64,000 nucleotides of DNA from Sneathiellales bacterium (GTDB lineage: Bacteria > Pseudomonadota > Alphaproteobacteria > JANQFL01). Below the pieces are notes generated by a model. It was not told the DNA's origin, did not search any database, and was given only the letters and a program-made list of their open reading frames with translations. The translations under genes were made by a program, and so were the position numbers. The DNA is taken from contig JANQFL010000075.1 of NCBI GenBank assembly GCA_028277845.1, positions 5,553 to 69,552 on the forward strand, in the 5' to 3' direction. This document shows, in pieces, positions 54,105-62,673 of the stretch; the first letter of the stretch is position 1; each line of letters begins with the position of its first letter.

Positions 54105-54497
54105 TTACGAGCAGTCGCCGTAGGAGATTGTGTCTCCATTGTTTTGATTGCCGTGGTTCCAGTCGGCCTGATTCGGTGTGCCGGGGATATATTCGAACTC
54201 GACCGGCGTTCCACTGCGATCGTAGTGCTGAAGCCCGGCATTGGTGCTGCCGTAGGCGCTGTTGGACGAACTCTTGGGACAGGTCATGCCCATCTCCCAG
54301 GCACCGTACGCCCCTTCCTCTACCCAGGTGCAAAAGATGCGGTCGCTGGACGTTGCCGTGAAGGTCTTGGACTCTCCGTCCGCGATCGTGGTCACCCCGC
54401 CTTCCATGCCCGAAATCGATTCGCATTTCGTGTTCGTGCATTTGATGGTGTTGCCTGTTTGGTTGTTTATCGTCAGCTTCACTCTGACATTCGACAT
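54105..54497 (-). CDS. Aegerolysin-like small beta-sandwich protein (paralog 2, 130 aa)
   Basis: ATG 54497 is preceded by GGAGA. VKLTINNQTGNTIKC.., SKTFTATSSDRIFC, GMTCPKSSSNS. The ORF-track extension to 54833 was rejected. Confidence 0.6.
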   Translation of the reverse strand: MSNVRVKLTINNQTGNTIKCTNTKCESISGMEGGVTTIADGESKTFTATSSDRIFCTWVEEGAYGAWEMGMTCPKSSSNSAYGSTNAGLQHYDRSGTPVEFEYIPGTPNQADWNHGNQNNGDTISYGDCS

Positions 54498-55423
54498 GGG
54501 TGTCTCCTGTTTGCCGTGGCCAGTGGACCGGACGGTCAGCCCGCTTGCGTTCGCCGTCTCATGGGGCCGGGACCGGTGGGATCGGACCGGCAAAGAACGC
54601 GGTTGACGGGTTCGGGATGATCTCGATTGGCCCGTTGGGCAAATCCGGCGTGTCGCCGATGGCGAGAAAACCGCCGGATAACAAAGGAAATCGATCGTTT
54701 GCGCCTTTAATCGATAGGCAAGTCGCGTATGAGCAAACAAAGCTGCAAGCAAACAAACGAAAACTGCCCGACATCTGGCGTCCTTCCTGTTTGTTTTCTT
54801 GTCATCGATCTTTGTCACGTTCCATCGAAGCAAGAAATGTTCCAGATTTGTTTTCCGTATATTTTCAATAACTTACCTAAATACTTTTCGGGTGCTATCC
54901 ATCGAATGTAAAGTTTTTCGACAAAAATAACTCTATAATACATCTTATAAGTGCAGTATACTTCTTAAACATTCGAAAAATCGAGTGGTTGATTAAAAAT
55001 TCTGCGTGTATTCTCGGTGTAAACAATACCGACAGTATCCGGGTCCCGGGTTTTGCAAATCGGGTGTTCCAGAGGCGGCAGCTCCATCGCCACGAACACG
55101 TCCATCACCCGCATCCGAAGGCGGCCCGTCGGAGGTGATCGCGCTTCTCGGCACAACATGACCGGTCCGTCACGGCCTCGGCGGCGGAGTATGGGGGTCG
55201 GGCCCGCGTTGGAGGGGCGAGGGGTCATGCCATTTGCCCGCTACCGAAAACTGCGCCTATACTCTTACCCGACCAAACCCGTAGGGATTACCGCGTCCGC
55301 GTTTTGTCACGTGTGTACCGCGTATCCGTAGCTTCCAGGAGACTAGGAGAGAGACTTCGCCGCCGAAACGCGGCGCACCGGCCGTTTAGCCGGCCAACTG
55401 ACCGACCGTCGTGGGGGGCAGGC

Positions 55424-57208
55424 ATGAAGACGCGTTCGTTCGAAGTCGTGTTGATCAAACCGTCCAAGTACGACGACGACGGTTACGTCATCCGCTGGTT
55501 CCGGGGCGTCATTCCCGCCAACTCCCTGGCTGTCATGAACGCCATCGCCTGCGATTCGGCGGACCGGCAAGTGCTGGGTCCCGATCACGCCATCGCGGTC
55601 GATACCGTCGACGAGGTGACGGCGCGGGTCGACCTCTCCGCCATCAAGCGGCGCTTCTACGACAGCGGCAATTTCGGCCTGGTCGGGCTGGTCGGCGTGC
55701 AGTCGAACCAGTATCCCCGGGCGCTCGACATCGGCCGCACGCTGCGGGCCGAGGGCATCCCCGTGATCATGGGCGGGTTCCACGTCTCGGGCCTGATGTC
55801 CATGTTCGACGAGACCCACCCGGACCTGCAGGAAGCGCTCGATCTCGGCATATCCCTGTTCGCTGGCGAGGCCGAGGGCGGGCGGTTCGATGATGTGCTG
55901 CGCGACGCGGCGGCCGGCGACCTCAAGCCGATCTACAACCACATCGGCGACCTGCCCGACATCGGCACCGTGCCCGTGCCGTTCCTGCCGAAACACAAGG
56001 TCGCCAAGACCATTGACAACTACACCAGCTTCGACGCCGGACGCGGCTGCCCGTTCCAGTGCTCGTTCTGCACCATCATCAACGTGCAGGGCCGCAAGTC
56101 GCGCACCCGTTCGGCCGACGACATCGAGAAAATCATCCGCCAGAACATCGCCCAGGGCGTGACGCGGTTCTTCATCACCGACGACAACTTCGCCCGCAAC
56201 CACGACTGGGAGGACGTGTTCGACCGCATCATCGCGCTCAGGGAAGCCGACAACATCAAGGTGCGGCTGATCATCCAGGTCGACACGCTGTGTCACAAGA
56301 TCCCCAACTTCGTCGAGAAGGCGCGCCGCGCCGGCGTGGTGCGGGTGTTCATCGGGCTCGAAAACATCAACCCCGACAACCTGCTGGCGGCCAAGAAGCG
56401 GCAGAACAAGATCACCGAATACCGCGCCATGATCCAGGCCTGGAAGGCGGCGAAGGTCATCACCTACGCCGGCTACATCCTGGGCTTCCCCAACGACACG
56501 CCGGAGACCATCCGCCACGACGTGGAGATCATCAAGCGTGAACTGCCGGTCGACATCCTGGAGTTCTTCTTCCTCACGCCGCTGCCCGGGTCCGAGGACC
56601 ACAAGACCCTGTGGACCAAGGGCGTCGCCATGGACCCGGACATGAACAAGTACGACCTGGAGCACGTCACCACCGGCCACGCCAACATGAGCCAGGCCGA
56701 GTGGCAGAAGGTCTACGACGATATGTGGCAGCTCTACTACACGCCCGAGCACATGGAAACCATCATGCGCCGTTCGCGCGGCCGCGGGCTGGGGCGCCTG
56801 ATGTCCATGCTGCTGTGGTTCTCGGCGGGCACCGAGATCGAGAAGCTGCACCCGTTGCAGTGCGGTTTCCTGCGCCTGAAATCCCGCACCGACCGGCGGC
56901 CTGGCTTCCCCATCCTGCCGCCGTGGCGGTTCTACCCGCTCTACTGGGGCGAGACGGTGGCCAAGTTCGCCCGCCTCGGCGCCCGCGCCTGGCAGCTCGA
57001 ACGCATCCGCCAGCGCCTCAAAAAGGACCCGAACCGCGACACCTACTTCGACCCCTCCCTGGCCGAAGCCCACGAGGACGACGACCAGCGCCTCGACCTG
57101 CTGACCCAGACCGAATCGGCGCGCAAGGCCGTCGGCCACATCCGCCGCGTCTCGGGCCAGGCACCCCCGTTGAAGGAGAGGGAGGAGAAACGGCTCGCGG
57201 CGGGATAG
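55424..57208 (+). CDS. B12-binding-domain radical SAM protein (class B), function unknown
   Basis: N-terminal Rossmann-like cobalamin-type domain (EVVLIKPSKYDDDGY..), then GRGCPFQCSFC (CxxxCxxC) and a long C-terminal extension. ATG 55424. Confidence 0.8.
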   Translation: MKTRSFEVVLIKPSKYDDDGYVIRWFRGVIPANSLAVMNAIACDSADRQVLGPDHAIAVDTVDEVTARVDLSAIKRRFYDSGNFGLVGLVGVQSNQYPRALDIGRTLRAEGIPVIMGGFHVSGLMSMFDETHPDLQEALDLGISLFAGEAEGGRFDDVLRDAAAGDLKPIYNHIGDLPDIGTVPVPFLPKHKVAKTIDNYTSFDAGRGCPFQCSFCTIINVQGRKSRTRSADDIEKIIRQNIAQGVTRFFITDDNFARNHDWEDVFDRIIALREADNIKVRLIIQVDTLCHKIPNFVEKARRAGVVRVFIGLENINPDNLLAAKKRQNKITEYRAMIQAWKAAKVITYAGYILGFPNDTPETIRHDVEIIKRELPVDILEFFFLTPLPGSEDHKTLWTKGVAMDPDMNKYDLEHVTTGHANMSQAEWQKVYDDMWQLYYTPEHMETIMRRSRGRGLGRLMSMLLWFSAGTEIEKLHPLQCGFLRLKSRTDRRPGFPILPPWRFYPLYWGETVAKFARLGARAWQLERIRQRLKKDPNRDTYFDPSLAEAHEDDDQRLDLLTQTESARKAVGHIRRVSGQAPPLKEREEKRLAAG

Positions 57209-57210
57209 TG

Positions 57211-57360
57211 CCTCAACTCGTCATGCCAGGAACACACTCTCGTCTTGCCCGGACTTGATCCGGGTATCCACGGCTATCAGCCCAGAATGCATTGAGAACG
57301 TCACCCGCCGGATGCACGGCACCGCGTGGATAGGCGGGTCAAGTCCGTGCATGACGATTT
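57211..57360. repeat. REP/MITE-like inverted-repeat element, copy 3 (more degenerate)
   Basis: cctcaactcgtcatgcc..cgtcttgcccggacttgatccgggtatccacgg and cgcgtggataggcgggtcaagtccgtgcatgacgatt arms. Sits between convergent genes. Confidence 0.5.
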
Positions 57361-57372
57361 GCCAAGGTGTTT

Positions 57373-58053
57373 TCAGTCCTCCCCGTCCTCCGCCCCGCCG
57401 AGGTGGGTGAGCGCGCGGACGAAGAGGGTGAGGAAGCGCTGCAGGGCGTCGGGGTCGCCGTCGATGAGGGTCAGGTGTTCGCGGGAGAAGGCATCGGGCG
57501 GGAGGGCGCCGTCGCCGACGGCGAGCAGGGCGTCGTATGTGGTGGAGAGGACCGCTTCGGGGTTCTCGCAGGGACCGAGCGCCATGGCCGTTTGCGTGCC
57601 GCGCACGGTGATACAGTAGGGCTCGCCGCCGATGTTGAGCTGCAGGCGCAGGCGGTCGTCGGCGGTGGCGCCGCGCTCCAGCATCGCCGCCATGGTCACC
57701 GCCACGGTGCGGTAGCTGGTGGTCGGCTTGACGTCTGGGTCGGGCGGGAACTGGGTACCGAACTGGGACAGCTCGAACAGCAGGTTGCGGGTCTTGGCGC
57801 CGCGCGGGGTCAGGGCGTAAACCGTGACGCCCAGCTGGGTCTCGATCTTCTCGATCAGATCGATATCGGCCAGCTTGACCAGCCGGTCCGCCAGCAGGTT
57901 GGTGGCGATGCCGGGCAGGCCGGTCTGCAGGTCCTTAAAGCGGGCGGGACCAGCGTGCAGGTCGCGCAGGATCAGCAGGTCCCAACGGTCGCCGACGGCA
58001 TCGAGTGCGCGGGCGATGGGGCAGAGGATCTTGTAGCGGCGGGCGGAGGCCAT
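57373..58053 (-). CDS. HxlR-type winged-helix regulator with extra C-terminal domain
   Basis: CPIARALDAVGDRWDLLILRDL..FKDL..GIATNLLADRL is the HxlR signature. A ~110 aa C-terminal extension follows. Confidence 0.8.
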   Translation of the reverse strand: MASARRYKILCPIARALDAVGDRWDLLILRDLHAGPARFKDLQTGLPGIATNLLADRLVKLADIDLIEKIETQLGVTVYALTPRGAKTRNLLFELSQFGTQFPPDPDVKPTTSYRTVAVTMAAMLERGATADDRLRLQLNIGGEPYCITVRGTQTAMALGPCENPEAVLSTTYDALLAVGDGALPPDAFSREHLTLIDGDPDALQRFLTLFVRALTHLGGAEDGED

Positions 58054-58076
58054 GGCCGAATGTCTCCAGACAACGG

Positions 58077-58158
58077 GTCAACGGGCACAAGTCAACGGGC
58101 ACGGATATCACTTTATTTTATCAATTTAAAACTTGAAAATATAAAGTGATAACTTTAT
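58077..58158. promoter_or_regulatory. Candidate operator region in HxlR / carbonic anhydrase divergent spacer
   Basis: Tandem 12-mers GTCAACGGGCAC at 58077-58088 and 58091-58102. A perfect 11-bp inverted repeat TATCACTTTAT (58106-58116) / ATAAAGTGATA (58141-58151). A third ACTTTAT half-site at 58152-58158. Confidence 0.4.
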
Positions 58159-58210
58159 CTCCTATATGTGACACAGCCGAAGGCGTGCAATCAACCAGGA
58201 GATCCCTCTC

Positions 58211-58768
58211 ATGACTGCCATGACTCAGACAACCGAGTCGTCCGGAACGGCGACGCTTCTCGACCGCAACCGCCGCTTTGCCGGCGATTTCGCCGCCGCG
58301 GATCTGCCGGTCCTGCCGAAACTGCGCACGGTGATGCTGACCTGCGCCGATGCCCGGGTCGACCCGGCCCACGTGATGGGCCTGGAACTGGGCGATGCCG
58401 TGGTGATCCGCAACACCGGCGGGCGGGTGACGCCGGAGGTGGTGCAGGAGGTTGCGGCACTGGCGTTCCTGGTTGGTCAGATGGAAGGCAGTACCCCGGG
58501 CCGGTTCGAACTGGTGCTGATGCAGCACACCCAGTGCGGCGCCGAACGCTTCGCCGATCCCCAGTTGCAGGGCGCCCTCAAGGCCAAGCTCGGCGTCGAC
58601 GTATCGCACGTGGCCATCACCGACCACGAACAGAGCCTGCGCGAAGACATCCAACGCCTGCGCGACGCGCCCGAACTGCCCGGGCATATCATCGTTTCGG
58701 GCCTGCTCTACGACGTGCGCGATGGTACCGTGCGCGAAGTCATCGCCCCGGCACCGCTGGCGGATTAA
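58211..58768 (+). CDS. Beta-class carbonic anhydrase-like protein
   Basis: Zinc ligand motifs CADARV (CxDxR) and HTQCG (HxxC). 185 aa. Confidence 0.8.
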   Translation: MTAMTQTTESSGTATLLDRNRRFAGDFAAADLPVLPKLRTVMLTCADARVDPAHVMGLELGDAVVIRNTGGRVTPEVVQEVAALAFLVGQMEGSTPGRFELVLMQHTQCGAERFADPQLQGALKAKLGVDVSHVAITDHEQSLREDIQRLRDAPELPGHIIVSGLLYDVRDGTVREVIAPAPLAD

Positions 58769-58784
58769 CAATCATTGAGTTCAG

Positions 58785-58814
58785 GAAAGCGCCTGGCCCG
58801 CTCCGGGCGCTTTC
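58785..58814. terminator. Bidirectional terminator-like hairpin between convergent genes
   Basis: 9-bp stem gaaagcgcc / ggcgctttc with a 12-nt loop that contains its own short pairing. Confidence 0.45.
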
Positions 58815-58826
58815 GCGCTCCAAAAT

Positions 58827-59312
58827 CTACTCGATCGGCACCCAGTATTCGACGTCGCCCCGGCCGGTCGAAGCGTCGAAACGGTGGTCGTAGAGCTCGA
58901 AGTCGGGCGCCGGGCGGTGGGTGACGTCGGCGTCCGCCAGGCCTTTGTGCCACACCGTGTAGGCGGTCTTGCGGAAATCGGCGATGTCGCCCGAGTGGGT
59001 GAAGACGATGTAGCGTCCGGGCGGCACCGTGACGGCGTCCATGCCGTCGGGCAGGTTGTTGTCCGTCGTCACTTCGACGCCGGCCATGTAGTCGAAATTG
59101 CCCTCGTCGTCGCTGTTGTAACAAACGCCGTAAAACAGCTCGCCGGTGCCGGCCGCGATCTCGCCCGCCCGGCCGCCGAAATCGCGCCACTGCTCGGGAA
59201 TGCCCACGTTGGTCTCGAAGGAATAGCGCCGGCACAGGCCCGCCACCGTCATGCCGCCATGCTCGGCGAACCGCGGCGGCGCCAAGTTCACAATCAACGA
59301 TTCATCGACCAT
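58827..59312 (-). CDS. GyrI-like small-molecule-binding domain protein
   Basis: 161 aa. ..IPEQWRDF.., FYGVCYN..DYMAGVEV, and ..FELYDHRFD..G.VEYWVPIE are typical of the AraC-E-bind/GyrI-like fold. Confidence 0.7.
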   Translation of the reverse strand: MVDESLIVNLAPPRFAEHGGMTVAGLCRRYSFETNVGIPEQWRDFGGRAGEIAAGTGELFYGVCYNSDDEGNFDYMAGVEVTTDNNLPDGMDAVTVPPGRYIVFTHSGDIADFRKTAYTVWHKGLADADVTHRPAPDFELYDHRFDASTGRGDVEYWVPIE

Positions 59313-59377
59313 TTCCGCCTCTATGTTTCCATTTTGTTCGCATCATAAAGCGAGCGGCGGAAATGTCCATGTCGGGA

Positions 59378-59542
59378 TCACGGATCGCCGATGTCAATGC
59401 CGTATTGGCGCAGCAGCCGGATCGCCTCCACTCTGCGGCCTTCGGCGAGGGCACGGTCGAGGGCGGCGCAGGCGTCGTCCGGGGCCGTCCCTTGCGCGAC
59501 CGCCCGTCGCAGGTCTTCGCGGGCCTCGTCCCAGCTTTTCAT
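59378..59542 (-). CDS. Possible 54-aa small protein
   Basis: Not in the ORF track (<60 aa). MKSWDEAREDLRRAVAQGTAPDDACAALDRALAEGRRVEAIRLLRQYGIDIGDP. GC-rich third positions. The EAIRLLRQ-x-G segment resembles the L7/L12 C-terminal helix motif. No clear RBS. Confidence 0.25.
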   Translation of the reverse strand: MKSWDEAREDLRRAVAQGTAPDDACAALDRALAEGRRVEAIRLLRQYGIDIGDP

Positions 59543-59572
59543 GCGTGTCTTGTTCACGGCGCCGGTGCCGTC

Positions 59573-59836
59573 CTAGATGTCATCGTCATCATCGTCGGCC
59601 GCGCCCCGTCCGCGCAGCCGGTCGGCCAACTTGAACAGCGGGCCGGAAAACAGCAGCGCCGGCAGGGCTGGCGCCAGTGCCAGGAACCACCAGTCGTCAT
59701 CCTGCACGGCGCACCAGCCGAACAGGCATTCGACGCCGAACCACGGCAGCGTCCATAGCGCCACGATGGCCGTGCCATAGGCCCATACCGGGCGGGCGTC
59801 CCAGCGCGGGTTCCATTCGATCGGCTGCAGATGCAT
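59573..59836 (-). CDS. Hypothetical 2-TM small membrane protein with poly-Asp tail
   Basis: 87 aa, Trp-rich, helices AYGTAIVALWTLPWFGV and WWFLALAPALPALLF. Ends AADDDDDDI. High GC3. Lies downstream of the DMT gene on the same strand. Confidence 0.45.
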   Translation of the reverse strand: MHLQPIEWNPRWDARPVWAYGTAIVALWTLPWFGVECLFGWCAVQDDDWWFLALAPALPALLFSGPLFKLADRLRGRGAADDDDDDI

Positions 59837-59870
59837 GGCGGTGCGGTCCTCCCGGTTGCCGGGGAACAGT

Positions 59871-60794
59871 CTACCCCTTGGCCGGTTTCACCGTCAGCAA
59901 AATCCCCGCGGTGACCACGGCGATACCGAGCCATTCCCATGGGGTCGGGACCTCGCCCAGCGCCGGGACGGCGGCAAGGGCGGCAACGGCGGGCACGGCG
60001 GCCATCAGGGCGGCGGTGCCGGTGGCCCCCAGGTTGCGTAGCGCCACCACAAAGAGCGGCACGGCGATCAGGCTTGGCCCCAGGCCCTGGTAGAGCATCT
60101 GCAAGAGGATTTCGGCCCAAGGCGCTTCGCCCAAGCGGCTCGGCAGCAGGAACCACAGCGGCACGAACAGCACGCCGTTGAGCACCGGCACCACGGCCAG
60201 CATCTCGCGCGGCTTGAGCCCCCAGTGCCGGGTCGCCACCATGTAGACGGTGAGTAAGAGCGAGGCCGCCAGCATGAAGCCGTAGCCGATCCACAGGCTC
60301 GCCTGTGCGGCGCCGCCGCCGTCACCGGAAAAGCCCATGACGGCGCTGCCGGCGGCGATCAGCACAACACCGGCGATTTTCCATCCGGTGGGGATGTCGC
60401 GCAGCCACAACAGCCCGACCAACACCGCGAACACCGGCAACGAGCCGTTCATCACCGCGCCGGCATGGGATACGGGCGCCGCCGTCATGCCCTGGAAGGC
60501 CAGCAGCGCGTAGGGCACGCCGGGCCCGGAGGCGAGGAACAGGCACTGCCAGACCGAGAGCTGCTTCGGCCACCACAGAAAGGCGAACGGCAGCATCAGC
60601 AGCCCGGCGAAGCCGAAACGCAACGCGGCCACGTCGTAGATGGTCAGGGTGTTGGTGACCCCGAATCGGGCAACGACGATGAAGCCCGACCAGATACACA
60701 CGATCGCCAACGCGGCGGCGAGGCCGACGCCGAAACGGGGCGCGTCGGTGACGCTGGAGGATGCGGCGGCGGACGTACGAGAGGGAGCACTCAT
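59871..60794 (-). CDS. DMT superfamily (EamA) transporter
   Basis: ~10 TM, two EamA-like halves. ATG 60794 (MSAPSRTSAAA..); the ORF-track extension to 60956 was rejected. Confidence 0.85.
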   Translation of the reverse strand: MSAPSRTSAAASSSVTDAPRFGVGLAAALAIVCIWSGFIVVARFGVTNTLTIYDVAALRFGFAGLLMLPFAFLWWPKQLSVWQCLFLASGPGVPYALLAFQGMTAAPVSHAGAVMNGSLPVFAVLVGLLWLRDIPTGWKIAGVVLIAAGSAVMGFSGDGGGAAQASLWIGYGFMLAASLLLTVYMVATRHWGLKPREMLAVVPVLNGVLFVPLWFLLPSRLGEAPWAEILLQMLYQGLGPSLIAVPLFVVALRNLGATGTAALMAAVPAVAALAAVPALGEVPTPWEWLGIAVVTAGILLTVKPAKG

Positions 60795-60952
60795 GGCCCC
60801 GGACCATGCCACGGACGGCCGGGCCGCGCCATGACGGAAACGGTAAGGGCGGGCATGGCTGCCATGCGCGGGAGGAAGGGGCGTCTCCTCTTCTGTCATG
60901 TACGGCCTAAATACCAAGCCCGCGATGACGCGGAGGACGATGCCCTCCGACC

Positions 60953-62521
60953 TCACACCACCTGCTTCTCATGCCCCTCCCAATAGGGCTCGCGCAGCGT
61001 CCGTTTGAGGATCTTGCCGGACGGGTTGCGGGGCAGGGCGTCGATGAAATCCACCGTCTTGGGCGCTTTGTAGTGGGCGATGCGCTCGCGGGTGAAGTTG
61101 ATCAGGTCGTCGGCGCTGACGTCGGCGTCGGGAGCCTTGACGACGATGGCCTTGACCTGTTCGCCCCAGGTTTCGTCGGGCACGCCGATCACCGCCACGT
61201 CGGCCACGGCGGGGTGGCCGAACAGGGCGCTTTCCACCTCGGCCGGGTAGATGTTCTCGCCGCCCGAGATGATCATGTCCTTGACCCGGTCGTAGATATA
61301 GACGTAGCCGTCCGCGTCCATGTAGCCGGCATCGCCGGAGTGGAACCAGCCGTCGCGGATGGCATTCTTGGTGGCGTCGGGCTTGTTGTAATAGCCCTTC
61401 ATGTTGAGTGCCGTGCGGCAGGCGATTTCGCCGATCTCGCCGGGCGGCATGAATTTGCCGTAAGGGTCGAGGATGGCCATCTCGACGCCCGACATGGCGG
61501 CGCCGCAGGACTTCATGCGCTCCGAGCCTTCCGCCGTGTGGTGCTCGGGCCCGAGATAGGTGACGGCGCCGGTGGTTTCGGTCAGGCCGTAGACCTGGCC
61601 GAAGCCGCAGCCGAACGCCGCCATGGCGTTGCGCAGAAGGTCCATGGGAATGGGCGAGGCGCCGTAGACCAGGAGTTCCAGCGACGAGAAGTCGGTGTTC
61701 TGGCAAGTGGGCTGCTGCAGCAGGAACAGGATTACGGCGGGCACCATGAACGACTTGGTGATGCGGTCGTTCTGGATGGACTGCAGGATCGCCGGCGGGT
61801 CGACGTCGCGCATGACCACGCCCTCGGCCCCGGCGTAGAGGCCGACCAGGCCCCACACCGTGCCGGCGATATGGAACTGGGGCATCACCACTTGCGAGAC
61901 GTCGGCCGGCGACCAATCGCCGATATCGGCGGTGGCGGCGTTGGCCGAGGCCATCAGATTGCGGTGCGAGAGTTCCGCGCCCTTGGGGTGGCCGGTGGTG
62001 CCCGAGGTGTACATTTGCATGGCGGTGTCGTCGGGCGCGTGGGGCACGTTCGGGTCCGTATCGCCCTGGGCGTCGCGCCAGCCGGTGTAGGCTTGCCATT
62101 CGGCGTGATCGCCGTCGACGGCGATCCCCGTCTCGACCGTCGGCAGGTCGCCCAGCGCGGCGGCGGCCAGTTCGGCGAAGTCGGCGCCGACCATCAGCAT
62201 CCTGGCCTGGGCATCGTTGACGATGTAGCTGATCTCGGCCGGCGCCAGACGCCAGTTGACCGGCACCAACACGCAGTTAGCCTTGGCCGCGCCGAACAGC
62301 ATCTCGTAGAACGTGTCGGTGTTCTTCGACACCCAGGCGACCCGGCTCTGGGGCTCCAGACCGGCCGCGATGAGCGCGTTGGCCACCCGGTTGCAGCGGG
62401 TCTCGAATTCGCCGTAGGTGGTGGTGGCGCCCTCGAAGCGCATGGCCACCTTGTCGCCACGCCTGGCCGCCTGCGCCGCCGGCAGATCGCGGATCCGATC
62501 GATGCTGATATCCACCGCCAT
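60953..62521 (-). CDS. AMP-dependent acyl-CoA synthetase/ligase
   Basis: ATG 62521 is preceded by GGGAGG. AMP-binding motif YTSGTTGHPKGA, later GWFHSGD and SGKILKR. Confidence 0.9.
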   Translation of the reverse strand: MAVDISIDRIRDLPAAQAARRGDKVAMRFEGATTTYGEFETRCNRVANALIAAGLEPQSRVAWVSKNTDTFYEMLFGAAKANCVLVPVNWRLAPAEISYIVNDAQARMLMVGADFAELAAAALGDLPTVETGIAVDGDHAEWQAYTGWRDAQGDTDPNVPHAPDDTAMQMYTSGTTGHPKGAELSHRNLMASANAATADIGDWSPADVSQVVMPQFHIAGTVWGLVGLYAGAEGVVMRDVDPPAILQSIQNDRITKSFMVPAVILFLLQQPTCQNTDFSSLELLVYGASPIPMDLLRNAMAAFGCGFGQVYGLTETTGAVTYLGPEHHTAEGSERMKSCGAAMSGVEMAILDPYGKFMPPGEIGEIACRTALNMKGYYNKPDATKNAIRDGWFHSGDAGYMDADGYVYIYDRVKDMIISGGENIYPAEVESALFGHPAVADVAVIGVPDETWGEQVKAIVVKAPDADVSADDLINFTRERIAHYKAPKTVDFIDALPRNPSGKILKRTLREPYWEGHEKQVV

Positions 62522-62629
62522 GCCTGCCTCCCTGGCTGAATTGTATGGTTGTTTATTAGGTGGAAGTGTAGCGGGTTGGAGAGGTGTTTGCATCCCCGCC
62601 CACCGTTGTGCCCGGGTTAGTATCTTATG

Positions 62630-62662
62630 CGCGAAAGCGCCCGGGGCCGGCCCGCTTTCGCG
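62630..62662 (-). terminator. Hairpin after the UxaA-family gene
   Basis: 10-bp perfect stem cgcgaaagcg / cgctttcgcg with a 13-nt GC loop, ~12 nt downstream of the stop on the minus strand. Confidence 0.4.
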
Positions 62663-62673
62663 GACAATAGACG

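Noticed and set aside
54498-54833. N-terminal 112-codon extension of aegerolysin-like paralog 2 given by the ORF track
   Set aside because: The extension has no similarity to paralog 1, is Arg/Ser-rich, and lacks an RBS. The internal ATG 54497 has a GGAGA RBS and aligns with the paralog's start.
54965-55228. 87-aa minus-strand ORF in the AT-rich spacer upstream of the radical SAM gene
   Set aside because: No RBS, mixed composition, Arg/Pro-rich in its GC part, and no motif.
55230-55423. Possible cobalamin riboswitch in the leader of the B12-radical SAM gene
   Set aside because: I could not find a B12-box-like GCCACTG core or the expected conserved helices by eye. This needs an Rfam/Infernal scan to be definitive.
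55343-57139. 598-aa minus-strand ORF opposite the radical SAM gene
   Set aside because: Shadow ORF; the CxxxCxxC motif and B12-type domain are on the plus strand.
60971-62539. 522-aa plus-strand ORF opposite the acyl-CoA ligase
   Set aside because: Shadow ORF; the AMP-binding motif YTSGTTGHPKGA is on the minus strand.
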